Source: an uncultured Bacteroidales bacterium
GTDB lineage: Bacteria; Bacteroidota; Bacteroidia; Bacteroidales; UBA7960
Assembly (NCBI GenBank): GCA_964477035.1
Contig: CAYZCW010000010.1
Location: forward strand, 31,215 to 95,214
DNA length: 64,000 nt
Direction of reading: 5' to 3'
Under the pieces are notes generated by a model, which did no database searches, was not told where the DNA came from, and saw only the letters and a list, made by a program, of their open reading frames with translations. Numbering within the stretch: position 1 is the stretch's first letter; every line of letters begins with the position of its first letter. Below are positions 1 to 15,052 of this stretch, piece after piece. Made by a program: the position numbers and the translations under genes.

Positions 1-199
1 GACGCTTGGCATGCTGGGGGGTCAGAATGATGCGCGATTTGACCCGGGCCTTCGGCACGCCGGGCATGAGCCGAACAAAGTCGACCACAAACTCGGTATT
101 CGAATGGGTGATGATGGCCAGGTTGGAATAAATGCCTTCAGATACCTCTTCGCCCAGCTCGATGTTGATCTGGTTGTCCTGCTTGGGTTTTTCTGCCAT
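1..199 (-). CDS. DUF3467-family protein, truncated by window start
   Basis: Not in the ORF track. Manual translation from ATG 199 gives MAEKPKQDNQINIELGEEVSEGIYSNLAIITHSNTEFVVDFVRLMPGVPKARVKSRIILTPQHAKR. This family commonly follows rpoC in Bacteroidota. Confidence 0.85.
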   Translation of the reverse strand, partial: MAEKPKQDNQINIELGEEVSEGIYSNLAIITHSNTEFVVDFVRLMPGVPKARVKSRIILTPQHAKR

Positions 200-226
200 G
201 TCAGCTCCTTTGTTTTAAACCGGATC

Positions 227-4519
<4,293 letters not shown>

Positions 4520-4557
4520 ATATGTTTTTGTTGTTTTTGCACAAAATCAGGAAATCC

Positions 4558-7500
4558 CTACTCAAACTTGATATTCAGGCCAAGCCCCCTCAGTTCATGT
4601 ACCAGGACGTTGAAGGACTCCGGCACTCCGGGAACAGGCATGTTCTCACCTTTTACAATGGCTTCATAGGCTTTGGCACGACCCATCACATCGTCCGACT
4701 TGACGGTGAGGATCTCCTGCAGGATGTTGGCCGCCCCGAAAGCCTCCAGGGCCCAAACTTCCATCTCACCAAACCGCTGTCCGCCGAACTGGGCCTTCCC
4801 GCCCAGGGGCTGCTGCGTGATCAGTGAATAGGGGCCAATGGAACGCGCGTGCATTTTGTCATCCACCATATGCCCCAGTTTGAGCATATAGATGATTCCC
4901 ACGGTGGCCGGCTGGTCGAACCGTTCGCCGGTTCCCCCGTCATACAGGTACACCTTCCCGTTCTCGGGCAGGCCTGCCTGCTTCATGTATTCATTGATCT
5001 GGTTGATGCTGGCTCCGTCAAAAATGGGACTGGCAAAGGTCTTGTCCAGCTTGTGGCCGGCCCATCCCAGAACGGTCTCGTAGATCTGTCCCAGGTTCAT
5101 GCGCGAGGGCACACCAAGCGGGTTCAGCACGATGTCGACCGGACTGCCGTCCTCCAGGAAGGGCATGTCCTCTTCACGGACGATGCGCGAGACGATGCCT
5201 TTGTTTCCGTGTCGGCCGGCCATTTTGTCGCCTACCTTCAGTTTTCGCTTCTTGGCGAGGTACACTTTGGCCAGCTGCACGATGCCCGCAGGCAGTTCAT
5301 CCCCGACCGTGGAGGTGAATTTTTTGCGGTTGTAAGTCCCCAGAATGTCTTTGTACCGGATGGAATGGTTGTGCAACAACTGCCGGATCAGGTCATTTTT
5401 GGCCTTGTCGGTGGTCCAGTTGGTCGGATTCACCGTGGCATAGTCGATCCCGTGCAGGATCTTCTGTGTGAATTTGGTGCCCTTCGAAACAACGACTTCC
5501 TTCAGGTTGTTCATCACGCCCTGGGAAGTCTTTCCGCTGACCAGGATGATCAGCTTGTCCACCAGTTTGGCGCGCAGCTCGGCCACCTCTCTGTTGAATT
5601 CCTCGTCCAGTTTTTCCAGGACGGCCTTTTCCTTTGTCTTGGCTTTGCGGTCTTTGATGACCCTGGAGAACAGTTTCTTGTCGATGATCACGCCCTTGGT
5701 CGAAGGCGGGGCCTTCAGGGAAGCATCTTTCACGTCTCCCGCCTTGTCGCCGAAAATGGCACGGAGCAGCTTTTCCTCCGGGGTGGGATCCGTTTCCCCC
5801 TTGGGAGTGATCTTGCCGATGAGGATGTCCCCCTCATTGACTTCCGCCCCGATCCTGATCAGGCCGTTCTCATCCAGGTCCTTGATCGCCTCTGCACTCA
5901 CGTTGGGGATGTCGCTGGTGAGCTCTTCGGCTCCCCGCTTGGTGTCCCGCACATCCAGGGAAAACTCCTCGATATGAATGGAGGTGAAAACATCCTCGCG
6001 GACCACTTTTTCGGACACCACGATGGCATCCTCAAAATTGTAGCCCTTCCAGGGCATGAAGGCCACCTTGAGGTTCCGGCCCAGGGCCAGCTCCCCGTCT
6101 TTTGTGGCATACCCTTCACAAAGCAGTTGTCCCATCTTGACCTTCTGCCCTTTTCTGACGATGGGTTTCAGGTTGATGCAGGTGCTCTGGTTGGTCTTGC
6201 TGAACTTGATCAGGGAGTACACCTTGACGTCTTCCTCGAAACTGACAAGCCGTTCGTCCTCACTCCGGGAATAACGGATCCATATCTCATCGGCATCGAC
6301 ATATTCCACGACGCCTTCTCCCTCTGCATGCAGCAGCACCCTGGAGTCGCTCGCCACCTTCTTCTCAAGGCCGGTGCCCACAATGGGGGCTTCCGGATTG
6401 ATCAGGGGGACGGCCTGACGCATCATGTTGCTGCCCATCAAGGCCCTGTTGGCATCGTCATGTTCCAAAAAGGGGATGAGGGAAGCGGCAATGGATGCGA
6501 TCTGGTTGGGGCCCACATCCATCAGGTTGATCTTTTCCGGCTCCACAATGGGATAGTCTGCCTGGAATCGGACTTTGACACGCTCCTCGGCGAAGCGTCC
6601 GTTTTTGTCAATCGGTATATTGGCCTGGCTGATGATCTGTGTCTCCTCCTCCTCTGCCGAAAGGTAGACCGGATCATTGTCGAAATCGATCTGGCCCCCG
6701 TTGACTTTGAAGTAAGGGGTTTCGATGAATCCCAGTTCGTTCACCTTGGCATAAACACACAGGGAGGATATCAGACCGATGTTGGGACCTTCCGGGGTCT
6801 CGATCGTGCACAACCTGCCGTAATGGGTGAAGTGAACGTCACGCACCTCGAATCCGGCGCGCTCCCGTGAAAGACCACCCGGTCCCAGGGCCGACATGCG
6901 ACGCTTGTGCGTCAGTTCGGCAAGGGGGTTGGTCTGGTCCATGAACTGGGACAACTGGTTGGTGCCGAAAAACGAATTGATCACGGAAGACAGGGTCTTG
7001 GCATTGATCAGGTCGGTGGGGGCAAACACTTCATTGTCCCGGACATTCATGCGCTCCCTGATGGTCCGGGCCATGCGTGCCAGGCCCACGCCGAACTGGG
7101 CGTAGAGCTGCTCGCCCACCGTGCGGACCCGCCTGTTGCTCAGGTGGTCGATGTCATCCACATCAGCCTTGGCATTGACCAGCTCGATCAGGTAGCTGAT
7201 AATGGAAATGATGTCCTCCTTGGTAAGCACCCGGGTGTCCATGGGGATATCCAGGTCCAGCTTTTTGTTGATGCGGTAACGTCCCACATCGCCCAGGTCA
7301 TAACGCTTGTCCGAAAAGAACAGCTTCTCGATCATGCTGCGGGCGGTCTCATCATCCGGCGGATCCGCATTCCGGAGCAGCCGGTAAATAAACTCCACGG
7401 CCTCCTTCTCGGAGTTGGTGGTGTCCTTCTGAAGGGTGTTGTAAACCAGGGCGTAGTCGCTCAGGTTGACCCCCTCCTTGTGCAGGATGACCGTTTTAAC

Positions 7501-8370
7501 CCCGGCATCGATGATCTGGTCGATGTGCTCGTTCTCCAGGATGGTCTCCCGGTCAATGATGACCTCTGTGCGCTCAATGGAAACCACCTCCCCGGTATCT
7601 TCATCCACAAAATCCTCCACCCAGGCACGGAGCACCCTGGCAGCAAGCTTCCTCCCCACATATTTCTTCAGGCCTGTCTTGCTGACCTTGATCTCGTCGG
7701 CCAGATCGAATATCTCCAGGATGTCCTTATCGCTTTCAAAACCGATGGCACGCAGCAAAGTAGTGACAGGCAGTTTCTTCTTCCTGTCGATGTAAGCGTA
7801 CATCACATTGTTGATGTCTGTGGCAAATTCTATCCAGGAACCCTTGAACGGGATGATCCTGGCACTGTATAGCTGGGTGCCGTTGGCATGGACACTGGTA
7901 CCGAAGAACACACCGGGAGACCGGTGAAGCTGGGATACCACAACCCTCTCGGCCCCGTTGATCACGAAAGTTCCCCGGGGTGTCATATAGGGAATCATGC
8001 CCAGGTAGACATCCTGTATGATGGTCTCGAAATCTTCATGTTCGGGGTCGGTGCAATAGAGTTTCAGCTTGGCCTTGAGCGGCACGCTGTAAGTCAGCCC
8101 TCTTTCAATGCACTCCTGGATGCTGTATTTGGGCGGGTCGATAAAATAATCGAGGAACTCCAGCACGAAATTATTGCGGGCATCAGAGATGGGAAAGTTC
8201 TCGCTGAAGACCTTGAAAAGCCCTTCGTTTTTCCTGTTTTCAGGGGTTGTCTCCAACTGGAAAAAGTCCTGAAAGGACTTTACCTGGATTTCAAGGAAAT
8301 CGGGATATTCAAAATGCTTTTTGACGGTTGCAAAGCTGAGCCTTTCTCCGGTTGATTGTTTTGCTGCCAA
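4558..8370 (-). CDS. rpoB: RNA polymerase beta subunit
   Basis: 1270 aa; [12 protein letters not shown] and [15 protein letters not shown] motifs; TTG start. Confidence 0.99.
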   Translation of the reverse strand: MAAKQSTGERLSFATVKKHFEYPDFLEIQVKSFQDFFQLETTPENRKNEGLFKVFSENFPISDARNNFVLEFLDYFIDPPKYSIQECIERGLTYSVPLKAKLKLYCTDPEHEDFETIIQDVYLGMIPYMTPRGTFVINGAERVVVSQLHRSPGVFFGTSVHANGTQLYSARIIPFKGSWIEFATDINNVMYAYIDRKKKLPVTTLLRAIGFESDKDILEIFDLADEIKVSKTGLKKYVGRKLAARVLRAWVEDFVDEDTGEVVSIERTEVIIDRETILENEHIDQIIDAGVKTVILHKEGVNLSDYALVYNTLQKDTTNSEKEAVEFIYRLLRNADPPDDETARSMIEKLFFSDKRYDLGDVGRYRINKKLDLDIPMDTRVLTKEDIISIISYLIELVNAKADVDDIDHLSNRRVRTVGEQLYAQFGVGLARMARTIRERMNVRDNEVFAPTDLINAKTLSSVINSFFGTNQLSQFMDQTNPLAELTHKRRMSALGPGGLSRERAGFEVRDVHFTHYGRLCTIETPEGPNIGLISSLCVYAKVNELGFIETPYFKVNGGQIDFDNDPVYLSAEEEETQIISQANIPIDKNGRFAEERVKVRFQADYPIVEPEKINLMDVGPNQIASIAASLIPFLEHDDANRALMGSNMMRQAVPLINPEAPIVGTGLEKKVASDSRVLLHAEGEGVVEYVDADEIWIRYSRSEDERLVSFEEDVKVYSLIKFSKTNQSTCINLKPIVRKGQKVKMGQLLCEGYATKDGELALGRNLKVAFMPWKGYNFEDAIVVSEKVVREDVFTSIHIEEFSLDVRDTKRGAEELTSDIPNVSAEAIKDLDENGLIRIGAEVNEGDILIGKITPKGETDPTPEEKLLRAIFGDKAGDVKDASLKAPPSTKGVIIDKKLFSRVIKDRKAKTKEKAVLEKLDEEFNREVAELRAKLVDKLIILVSGKTSQGVMNNLKEVVVSKGTKFTQKILHGIDYATVNPTNWTTDKAKNDLIRQLLHNHSIRYKDILGTYNRKKFTSTVGDELPAGIVQLAKVYLAKKRKLKVGDKMAGRHGNKGIVSRIVREEDMPFLEDGSPVDIVLNPLGVPSRMNLGQIYETVLGWAGHKLDKTFASPIFDGASINQINEYMKQAGLPENGKVYLYDGGTGERFDQPATVGIIYMLKLGHMVDDKMHARSIGPYSLITQQPLGGKAQFGGQRFGEMEVWALEAFGAANILQEILTVKSDDVMGRAKAYEAIVKGENMPVPGVPESFNVLVHELRGLGLNIKFE

Positions 8371-8435
8371 GGTATGAACGTTTTGGTTTATCGGAAAAGA
8401 ACAAAGAACAATGAAGGTAACTTATAAACAGCAAC

Positions 8436-8488
8436 GAAGACTAGACTTCCGCAGCGAATGGGGGGCATCCGGCAGAAGTCTAATCTTC
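8436..8488 (-). promoter_or_regulatory. Long RNA hairpin between rplL and rpoB (attenuator or processing site candidate)
   Basis: Minus-strand GAAGAUUAGACUUCUGC pairs with GCGGAAGUCUAGUCUUC (17 bp, two G-U), with an inner CGGAUG/CAUUCG stem. Confidence 0.65.
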
Positions 8489-8505
8489 AGTATTTTGCAG
8501 GAAGC

Positions 8506-8886
8506 TTACTTTACCTCAACCTCTGCCCCTGCCTCTTCAAGCTGGCTCTTAAGCGATTCGGCTTCGTCCTTGGTAACCCCTTCCTTGATGGCCTTGGGCG
8601 CGGAATCGACCAGTTCCTTGGCCTCTTTCAGGCCGAGGCTGGTCAGTTCCTTGACAAGCTTGACCACGGCCAGCTTGGAGGGACCTGCAGACTTCAGGAC
8701 CACATCGAACTGGGTTTGTTCTTCCGCGGCCTCACCACCGGCATCACCGGCTGCGGCGGCTACTGCAATGGGAGCAGCGGCTGCGGGCTCAATACCATAT
8801 TCATCCTTTAAAATCTGTGCCAACTCATTAACCTCCTTCACGGTAAGATTAACTAATTGTTCTGCAAAAGCTTTCAAATCTGCCAT
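8506..8886 (-). CDS. rplL: 50S ribosomal protein L7/L12
   Basis: 126 aa; [10 protein letters not shown] motif; Ala-rich hinge. Confidence 0.99.
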   Translation of the reverse strand: MADLKAFAEQLVNLTVKEVNELAQILKDEYGIEPAAAAPIAVAAAAGDAGGEAAEEQTQFDVVLKSAGPSKLAVVKLVKELTSLGLKEAKELVDSAPKAIKEGVTKDEAESLKSQLEEAGAEVEVK

Positions 8887-8941
8887 TTTTATTCTAGTTT
8901 AATTGGTTATACGATTCTGATAATCAGGTTAATTTTTCAAA

Positions 8942-9463
8942 TTAATTGGCCCTCTCTGAGAGGGTCTTAACGACACCGGCAATGGTATTCCCGCCAGACT
9001 GCAGGGCAGAAAGGACGTTTTTGGCCGGGGACTGGAGCAGGCCGATCAGGTCGCCCAGGAGTTCTTCTTTGGATTTGACATTGCTCAGTGCTTCGAGCTG
9101 GTTGTCACCGATGAAGAAAGCTTCCTGGATGTAGGCACCCTTTACGATCGGCTTCGGGCTGGTCTTGCGAAACTCCTTGATAAGCCGGGCAGGAACGTTG
9201 CCGGTATCGGCAAACATGACGGATGTGGCGCCTTTTAGCACTTCGTAAAGGGGTGCAAAGTCCCTCTCACTCCTTTCCATGGCCTTCCTGAGCAGGGTGT
9301 TCTTCACCACCTGCAGGGAGACATTCCTTTTGAAACAAAGCCTTCTAAGCTTATTGATGGTCTCGACATCCAGTTCAGAAGTATCTGTCAGATAAAAGAA
9401 TTCGCTATCCTTTAACCGTTCGGCCAGCGACTCAATGATCTGAAGTTTATCTTCTTTTTTCAT
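8942..9463 (-). CDS. rplJ: 50S ribosomal protein L10
   Basis: 173 aa; VVKNTL motif; operon position. Confidence 0.98.
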   Translation of the reverse strand: MKKEDKLQIIESLAERLKDSEFFYLTDTSELDVETINKLRRLCFKRNVSLQVVKNTLLRKAMERSERDFAPLYEVLKGATSVMFADTGNVPARLIKEFRKTSPKPIVKGAYIQEAFFIGDNQLEALSNVKSKEELLGDLIGLLQSPAKNVLSALQSGGNTIAGVVKTLSERAN

Positions 9464-9502
9464 ATAGACTTCCGTTATCTACAGCAATTGCTTGCCTTGG
9501 GT

Positions 9503-10198
9503 TTATACTACGACTGATTTGGTCTCCACCTGAACCCCAGGGCTCATTGTGCTGGAAAGGTAGATGCTTTTCACATACGTTCCTTTGGCAGCAGAGGGTT
9601 TTAACTTAATGATGGTCTGGATGAGCTCCCTGGCATTCTCCACAATTTTCTCCCTGTCGAAAGAAACTTTTCCGACGGAAGCGTGGATGATGCCGAATTT
9701 ATCCACCTTGAAATCGATCTTGCCGGCTTTCACATCCCGGACGGCCTTTCCGACCTCCATGGTGACGGTACCGGCCTTGGGGTTGGGCATGAGCCCGCGG
9801 GGACCGAGAATTCGTCCCAGGGCACCCACCTTCGGCATCACATTGGGGGTGGTTATCACCACGTCAATGTCGGTCCAGCCGCCTTTGATCTTGTCCACAT
9901 ATTCATCCAAGCCAACGTAATCAGCTCCGGCTTCTTTGGCTTCATCCTCCTTGTCGGGGGAGCACAGCACCAGCACTTTAACGGTCTTTCCGGTTCCGTG
10001 CGGCAAGGCGACCACACCCCTGACCATCTGGTTGGCCTTCCGGGGGTCCACACCGAGTCGCACATCCAAATCCACGGATGCATCGAACTTGGTGAAGGTG
10101 ATCTGCTTGACAATATCCGCCGCATCAGACAAGGAATACACCGCCGTCCTGTCGAACTTCGCCGAAGCCTCTTTTTGGTTTTTAGTTAATTTAGCCAT
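9503..10198 (-). CDS. rplA: 50S ribosomal protein L1
   Basis: 231 aa; [11 protein letters not shown] motif. Confidence 0.99.
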   Translation of the reverse strand: MAKLTKNQKEASAKFDRTAVYSLSDAADIVKQITFTKFDASVDLDVRLGVDPRKANQMVRGVVALPHGTGKTVKVLVLCSPDKEDEAKEAGADYVGLDEYVDKIKGGWTDIDVVITTPNVMPKVGALGRILGPRGLMPNPKAGTVTMEVGKAVRDVKAGKIDFKVDKFGIIHASVGKVSFDREKIVENARELIQTIIKLKPSAAKGTYVKSIYLSSTMSPGVQVETKSVVV

Positions 10199-10252
10199 AT
10201 TCAGATTCCGTTATGCTTTAAGTTACTAATTGCATTCAGGGCTACCGCCTGG

Positions 10253-10690
10253 TTAAGCAGGGGGGGTTCCCTTGATCCGGATGCCCATGCTGCGAGCCGT
10301 GCCGGCAACCATTTGCATGGCTGACTCCACGGTGAAGCAATTCAGATCGGGCATCTTGGATTCGGCGATATCCCTTACCTGATCCCAAGTGATGGTGGCT
10401 ACTTTCGTGCGGTTGGGTTCTGCTGAACCTGACTGAACTTTGGCTACCTCCCTGAGTTGCACCGCAACCGGGGGGGTTTTGATGATGAAATTAAAGGACT
10501 TGTCCTTGTACACGGTGATGATCACCGGAATGACTTTCCCGGCTTTATCCTGCGTACGGGCATTGAACTGCTTGCAGAACTCCATGATATTCACACCCTT
10601 GGCACCTAAAGCAGGTCCGACGGGTGGGGATGGGTTTGCAGCTCCGCCTTTAATTTGCAGCTTAATGATTCCGCTAACTTCTTTTGCCAT
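10253..10690 (-). CDS. rplK: 50S ribosomal protein L11
   Basis: 145 aa; [12 protein letters not shown] motif. Confidence 0.99.
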   Translation of the reverse strand: MAKEVSGIIKLQIKGGAANPSPPVGPALGAKGVNIMEFCKQFNARTQDKAGKVIPVIITVYKDKSFNFIIKTPPVAVQLREVAKVQSGSAEPNRTKVATITWDQVRDIAESKMPDLNCFTVESAMQMVAGTARSMGIRIKGTPPA

Positions 10691-10785
10691 TTTTCGATTA
10701 GTTTACAAATAAGGGGATCGAACCATTCCTGCAGTGATCAGGGGGCGTATGGAAGCATCCGTCCGCATGGGCGGCCGGAAATACG

Positions 10786-11328
10786 TCATTCCTTTTCTAC
10801 CTGCATGAAACTCAGCTCCAGGGGCGTTTTCCGACCGAAGATCTTTACCATCACCTTCAGCTTCTTCTTCTCTTCATTGATCTCCTCGATCACGCCGGTG
10901 AAACTGTTAAACGGACCGTCTGTCACCTTCACGGTTTCTCCCACGATAAACGGAATGTTCAGTTCTTCTTCCTTGCCGGAAAGCTCATCGACCTTACCAA
11001 GGATCCGATTCACTTCCGCCGGCCGAAGCGGCACCGGGTCTCCTGCAGAGCCTAACCAACCCAGGACACCGGGTACATTCCGGATAATGTGCGGGATTTC
11101 CCCCAAAAGAGCGGCCTCAATCAGAATGTAACCAGGGAAGAAATTGCGCTCTGCGCTGATTTTCTTTCCCTTGCGGATCTGATAGATCTTCTCCATTGGA
11201 ATCAGTACTTGCGAAACGTATTCACCCAGGCCAAGTCGGGCAATCTCACTCTCGATGTATTGCTTGACTTTCTTCTCACTGCCGCTGACGGCCCGGACGA
11301 CATACCATTTTTTGACCTGTTCGCTCAT
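10786..11328 (-). CDS. nusG: Transcription termination/antitermination factor NusG
   Basis: Start moved to ATG 11328 (MSEQVKKWYVV); FPGY motif and KOW domain ending IFGRKTPLEL. Confidence 0.97.
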   Translation of the reverse strand: MSEQVKKWYVVRAVSGSEKKVKQYIESEIARLGLGEYVSQVLIPMEKIYQIRKGKKISAERNFFPGYILIEAALLGEIPHIIRNVPGVLGWLGSAGDPVPLRPAEVNRILGKVDELSGKEEELNIPFIVGETVKVTDGPFNSFTGVIEEINEEKKKLKVMVKIFGRKTPLELSFMQVEKE

Positions 11329-11421
11329 ACTTCGGGATTGAAGTGACTGTCCCGGAACCCTTTGCCGTAAACCCACAGACTGAAACCAACGACAGAATAA
11401 CGGCAAGGTATCCCCTGGGAC

Positions 11422-11616
11422 TTACAAAAAGAGACGGTAGAATTGCTTGAGAATGGAGCTGAACGACATGTCCATCAAATAAACGACAACGGCGATTATG
11501 AGGGAAGCAATGGACACGACGACTGCGCTGTTCTGCAGTTCACTCCAGGTTGGCCACGATACCTTGTGAATCAGTTCATCATAGGTCTCGCTGAGATAGG
11601 CTCTGATTTTTTTCAT
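11422..11616 (-). CDS. secE: Preprotein translocase subunit SecE
   Basis: 64 aa; KVSWP motif plus one TM helix; between trnW and nusG. Confidence 0.97.
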   Translation of the reverse strand: MKKIRAYLSETYDELIHKVSWPTWSELQNSAVVVSIASLIIAVVVYLMDMSFSSILKQFYRLFL

Positions 11617-11641
11617 TGTTTGTGTGGTATTCTGGTCGTTG

Positions 11642-11714
11642 CACGGGTGGAAGGAATCGAACCCTCAACCAACGGTTTTGGAGACCGCTACTCTACCAAT
11701 TGAGCTACACCCGT
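11642..11714 (-). tRNA. trnW: tRNA-Trp (CCA)
   Basis: Cloverleaf ACGGGTG...CACCCGT; anticodon loop CTCCAAA; GGTTCGATT T-arm. Confidence 0.97.
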
Positions 11715-11718
11715 AGGA

Positions 11719-11747
11719 ACCGGTGGCGGGAAGATCCCGCCACCGGT
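11719..11747. other. Perfect 13-bp hairpin between tuf and trnW
   Basis: ACCGGTGGCGGGA-aga-TCCCGCCACCGGT; no U-tract on the transcribed strand, so more likely a processing or stability structure than a terminator. Confidence 0.55.
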
Positions 11748-11756
11748 CTTTAATGC

Positions 11757-12944
11757 CTAGTCAATAATCTCGGTTACCTGTCCGGCGCCCACGGTACGTC
11801 CGCCCTCACGGATGGCGAAGCGGAGCCCCTTGTCCATGGCCACCTCGCTGATGAGGTTCACATGGATGGTCAGGTTGTCACCGGGCATGACCATCTCACG
11901 TCCCTCCGGGAGCATGATCTCACCGGTCACGTCGGTGGTGCGGAAGAAGAACTGCGGACGGTATTTGTTCTGGAACGGGGTGTGGCGGCCCCCTTCTTCC
12001 TTTTTAAGGATATATACCTCTGCCTTGAACTTGGCGTGGGGTTTCACGGAGCCGGGCTTGCAGATGACCATCCCACGGGCAATGGCGTCCTTGTCGATCC
12101 CCCTGAGGAGCAAACCGACGTTGTCACCGGCCTCACCACGGTCAAGGATCTTGCGGAACATCTCCACGCCGGTAACAACCGACTTGAGCTTCTCGGCACC
12201 CATCCCGATGATGTCCACGGGATCTCCGGAATTGATCACACCGGTTTCAATCCTGCCGGTGGCCACGGTGCCACGGCCGGTGATGGAGAACACGTCCTCA
12301 ACCGGCATCAGGAAGTCCTTGTCGACGGCACGTTCCGGGAGCGGGATGAAGGTATCGACCGCATGCATCAGTTCCTCTATCTTTTCGACCCACTTGGGTT
12401 CGTTGTTCAGGCCGCCCAGGGCAGATCCCTGAATGACGGGGATGTTGTCGCCGTCAAACTTGTAGAAGGTCAACAGTTCACGGATCTCCATTTCCACGAG
12501 CTCCAGAAGTTCCTCGTCATCGACAAGGTCGACCTTGTTCATGAAAACGACCAGCTGGGGAACGCCTACCTGGCGTGCCAGCAGGATGTGCTCCCGGGTC
12601 TGGGGCATCGGACCGTCGGTGGCGGCCACGACGAGAATGGCGCCGTCCATCTGGGCGGCACCGGTTACCATGTTCTTCACGTAGTCAGCATGTCCGGGGC
12701 AGTCAACGTGCGCGTAGTGCCTGGATTCAGTCTGGTATTCAACGTGCGCGGTATTGATGGTGATACCCCTTTCCTTTTCTTCGGGGGCATTGTCGATGGA
12801 ATCAAACGAGCGGATCTCTGACAGGCCCTTGGATGCCAGGATTTGTGTGATCGCAGCGGTGAGCGTGGTTTTTCCGTGGTCTACGTGACCGATGGTACCG
12901 ATGTTCACGTGCGGTTTTGTGCGTTGAAATTTTTCTTTTGCCAT
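11757..12944 (-). CDS. tuf: Elongation factor Tu
   Basis: 395 aa; [13 protein letters not shown] and NKVD GTPase motifs. Confidence 0.99.
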   Translation of the reverse strand: MAKEKFQRTKPHVNIGTIGHVDHGKTTLTAAITQILASKGLSEIRSFDSIDNAPEEKERGITINTAHVEYQTESRHYAHVDCPGHADYVKNMVTGAAQMDGAILVVAATDGPMPQTREHILLARQVGVPQLVVFMNKVDLVDDEELLELVEMEIRELLTFYKFDGDNIPVIQGSALGGLNNEPKWVEKIEELMHAVDTFIPLPERAVDKDFLMPVEDVFSITGRGTVATGRIETGVINSGDPVDIIGMGAEKLKSVVTGVEMFRKILDRGEAGDNVGLLLRGIDKDAIARGMVICKPGSVKPHAKFKAEVYILKKEEGGRHTPFQNKYRPQFFFRTTDVTGEIMLPEGREMVMPGDNLTIHVNLISEVAMDKGLRFAIREGGRTVGAGQVTEIID

Positions 12945-12994
12945 ATTACAGGGTGTTTAAGTTTTATTAAAAAAGGGATTCAACTATTTTTCAC

Positions 12995-13069
12995 TGGAGC
13001 CGACGACGGGAATTGAACCCGTGACCTCTTCCTTACCAAGGAAACGCTCTACCCCTGAGCTACGTCGGC
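12995..13069 (-). tRNA. trnT: tRNA-Thr (GGT), CCA encoded
   Basis: GCCGACG acceptor stem; anticodon loop TTGGTAA; ends TCCA. Confidence 0.97.
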
Positions 13070-13094
13070 CGGTATCAACCGGTCTGAAACCTTG

Positions 13095-13167
13095 AGCGGA
13101 AAACGGGACTCGAACCCGCCACCTACAGCTTGGAAGGCTGTCGCTCTACCAGATGAGCTATTTCCGC
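13095..13167 (-). tRNA. trnG: tRNA-Gly (TCC)
   Basis: GCGGAAA/TTTCCGC acceptor stem; anticodon loop CTTCCAA. Confidence 0.97.
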
Positions 13168-13176
13168 TTTTCAATG

Positions 13177-13255
13177 TGGGGGAAGGATTCGAACCTCCGA
13201 AGGCTTAGCCAACAGATTTACAGTCTGCCCCATTTGACCGCTCTGGAACCCCCCC
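13177..13255 (-). tRNA. trnY: tRNA-Tyr (GTA); 3' acceptor strand appears 3 nt short
   Basis: Anticodon loop CTGTAAA, long variable arm, GGAGG-TTCGAAT-CCTTC T-arm; 5' G7 faces only C4 plus A. Confidence 0.88.
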
Positions 13256-13265
13256 AGGCTGTCCG

Positions 13266-13339
13266 AGCCGATGAAGGGATTCGAACCCCCGACCGGCTGA
13301 TTACAAATCAGCTGCTCTGGCCAACTGAGCTACATCGGC
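13266..13339 (-). tRNA. trnT: tRNA-Thr (TGT)
   Basis: GCCGATG/CATCGGC acceptor stem; anticodon loop TTTGTAA. Confidence 0.97.
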
Positions 13340-13376
13340 GATCTTTCGCATTGAATTTACCCCTTAAAAAGGTCTG

Positions 13377-13407
13377 CAAATGTACAAAAGATTTAAACAC
13401 TACCAAA
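13377..13407 (-). promoter_or_regulatory. Bacteroidota housekeeping promoter for the tRNA-tuf operon
   Basis: Minus strand TTTG-N19-TACATTTG matches the -33/-7 consensus. Confidence 0.8.
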
Positions 13408-13446
13408 AAAATCCATGTTTTTTTTGACAACACACTGAGGGCCATC

Positions 13447-13746
13447 CTAAATGCCTTTCAATTTCTCCTTGCGCTTTTTCAGCTGGCGTTTCAGGGCATC
13501 GATGGCCGTATCGACGGCTTCCTCGAAGGTCTTTGCCTGTTTTTTGGCAAACAGGTCGTTGCCAGGGATCAACACACGTATCTCAGCGATCTTGTTTTCA
13601 TTGTTGGATGCGGTATCCAGCTTGAGGGTGACATCCACACCGAGGACCCCGTCAAACAGGGGCGTCACCTTGCCCACTTTTTCCCTGATAAATTCTTCCA
13701 GTTTCACATCCGATTTGAAATGCAAGGAACTGATCGATACTTTCAT
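13447..13746 (-). CDS. raiA: Ribosome hibernation factor HPF/RaiA (short form)
   Basis: 99 aa; FEEAVDTAIDALKRQLKKRKEK C-terminus; conserved position. Confidence 0.92.
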   Translation of the reverse strand: MKVSISSLHFKSDVKLEEFIREKVGKVTPLFDGVLGVDVTLKLDTASNNENKIAEIRVLIPGNDLFAKKQAKTFEEAVDTAIDALKRQLKKRKEKLKGI

Positions 13747-13762
13747 GGTTCATCCTCCTCGT

Positions 13763-14653
13763 TTATGCCTTTGGGTGGGCTTGTTTATAAATGGATTTGA
13801 TTTTTTCGATGGTGTTGTGGGTGTAAACCTGGGTGGCGGCCAGGCTGGAATGCCCCAGAATTTCTTTAATGGCGTTGAGATCGGCCCCGTGGTCGAGCAT
13901 ATGGGTGGCAAAGGAATGCCTGAGAACATGGGGACTTTTTTTCGAGCGGGTGGTCACCTGACGAAGATAGAAATTCACACGCCGATAGACAAATTCCGGA
14001 TAGCATTTTTTTCCCTTGTTGGTCACGATCACATAGGCATCAGCCGCTCCACCGAAAAGCCTGGCCTTTTCCTCACAATACACCCGGTAGGTTTTTACCA
14101 CATGGGGAAGCAAGGGGATTACCCGGTCCTTGTTCCGCTTGCCGGTGACCCGCAGGGAGGGGGCGCTTTCATCCACATCCCCGTGCCGCAGGCCGGTCAT
14201 TTCCGACAGGCGCATGCCTGTGGTGTACAGCAACTCCATGAGAAGCAGGTCCCTCAGCCCGGCAAAGTCCGCGCCGAAGAACCCCTGACCGAACAACTGC
14301 TGCATGCCTTCCTCCTGCACAAATTCGGGCAGCCTCCGGTCCTTTTTCAGGCTGCGCAACTGGTCGGTGGGATCGCCCTTCAGGCGTCCGGTTTTGACAA
14401 AATACTGGTAGAAGGATTTCAGGGCGGACATTTTCCGGTTGATACTGGCCCGGGAATACCCCTCCCCCACCAGGGCGGCGAGCCAGGACCGGATGACGGA
14501 ACTCCCGGCCCTGAGGGGGTCCGGCTCCGCATATTGTTCGGTAAGATAAGATGTAAATTGCTTCAGGTCAGTCTCATAAGCAGTCAGGGTGTGACCCGAA
14601 TAGCGTCTTTCCTTTTCTAGATGGTCAAGGAATGTCCCCGTACTGTATCCCAT
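13763..14653 (-). CDS. xerC: Tyrosine recombinase, XerC-like
   Basis: Catalytic residues in GMRLSE, HVLRH, LGHSS, TQVYTH; start moved to ATG 14653; housekeeping rpsU-xerC-hpf synteny. Confidence 0.88.
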   Translation of the reverse strand: MGYSTGTFLDHLEKERRYSGHTLTAYETDLKQFTSYLTEQYAEPDPLRAGSSVIRSWLAALVGEGYSRASINRKMSALKSFYQYFVKTGRLKGDPTDQLRSLKKDRRLPEFVQEEGMQQLFGQGFFGADFAGLRDLLLMELLYTTGMRLSEMTGLRHGDVDESAPSLRVTGKRNKDRVIPLLPHVVKTYRVYCEEKARLFGGAADAYVIVTNKGKKCYPEFVYRRVNFYLRQVTTRSKKSPHVLRHSFATHMLDHGADLNAIKEILGHSSLAATQVYTHNTIEKIKSIYKQAHPKA

Positions 14654-14748
14654 GGGCTCAAAAAAAGAAGAAATCCTTGCAATAAAGTTATGCCAAAAAA
14701 CCGGCATCTGCAAAAATTTCTTCGGAAATGGGGATGGATATGCAAACC

Positions 14749-14943
14749 CTATGCTTCTTCGGCGATCTGCAGTTTCTGGATGTAAATGGCTTTCAGCTTT
14801 TGCTCGCGCCGCTTCACCGAAGGCTTGGTAAACTTTTGTCTTTCACGAAGTTCGCGAAGTATTCCCGTTTTTTCAAATTTCCTTTTCAGCTTCTTCAGCA
14901 CCCGGTCGATGTTTTCGCCTTCCTTGATGGGAACAATGATCAT
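14749..14943 (-). CDS. rpsU: 30S ribosomal protein S21
   Basis: 64 aa; KEGENIDRVLKKLKRKFEKTG and FTKPSVKRR motifs. Confidence 0.97.
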   Translation of the reverse strand: MIIVPIKEGENIDRVLKKLKRKFEKTGILRELRERQKFTKPSVKRREQKLKAIYIQKLQIAEEA

Positions 14944-15005
14944 GTTTGCCTCTTTCTTTAACTGTTTATGAATGATTGACCTGAAACCCTTCCCAAATGG
15001 GGATG

Positions 15006-15013
15006 CAAAGTTA
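15006..15013 (-). promoter_or_regulatory. -7 promoter element of rpsU
   Basis: TAACTTTG on the minus strand about 60 nt upstream of the ATG. Confidence 0.7.
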
Positions 15014-15052
15014 AGGAGAATTTCTTGATTTAAAAAAAGAAAATAAAAAATA

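Noticed and set aside
10691-10785. L1-binding autoregulatory leader upstream of rplK
   Set aside because: Plausible by position, but I could not identify the consensus structure by eye.
13763-14653. Tyrosine recombinase next to a tRNA cluster as a possible integrative element
   Set aside because: rpsU-xerC-hpf-tRNA-tuf is housekeeping synteny in Bacteroidota; no att duplication or cargo genes seen.
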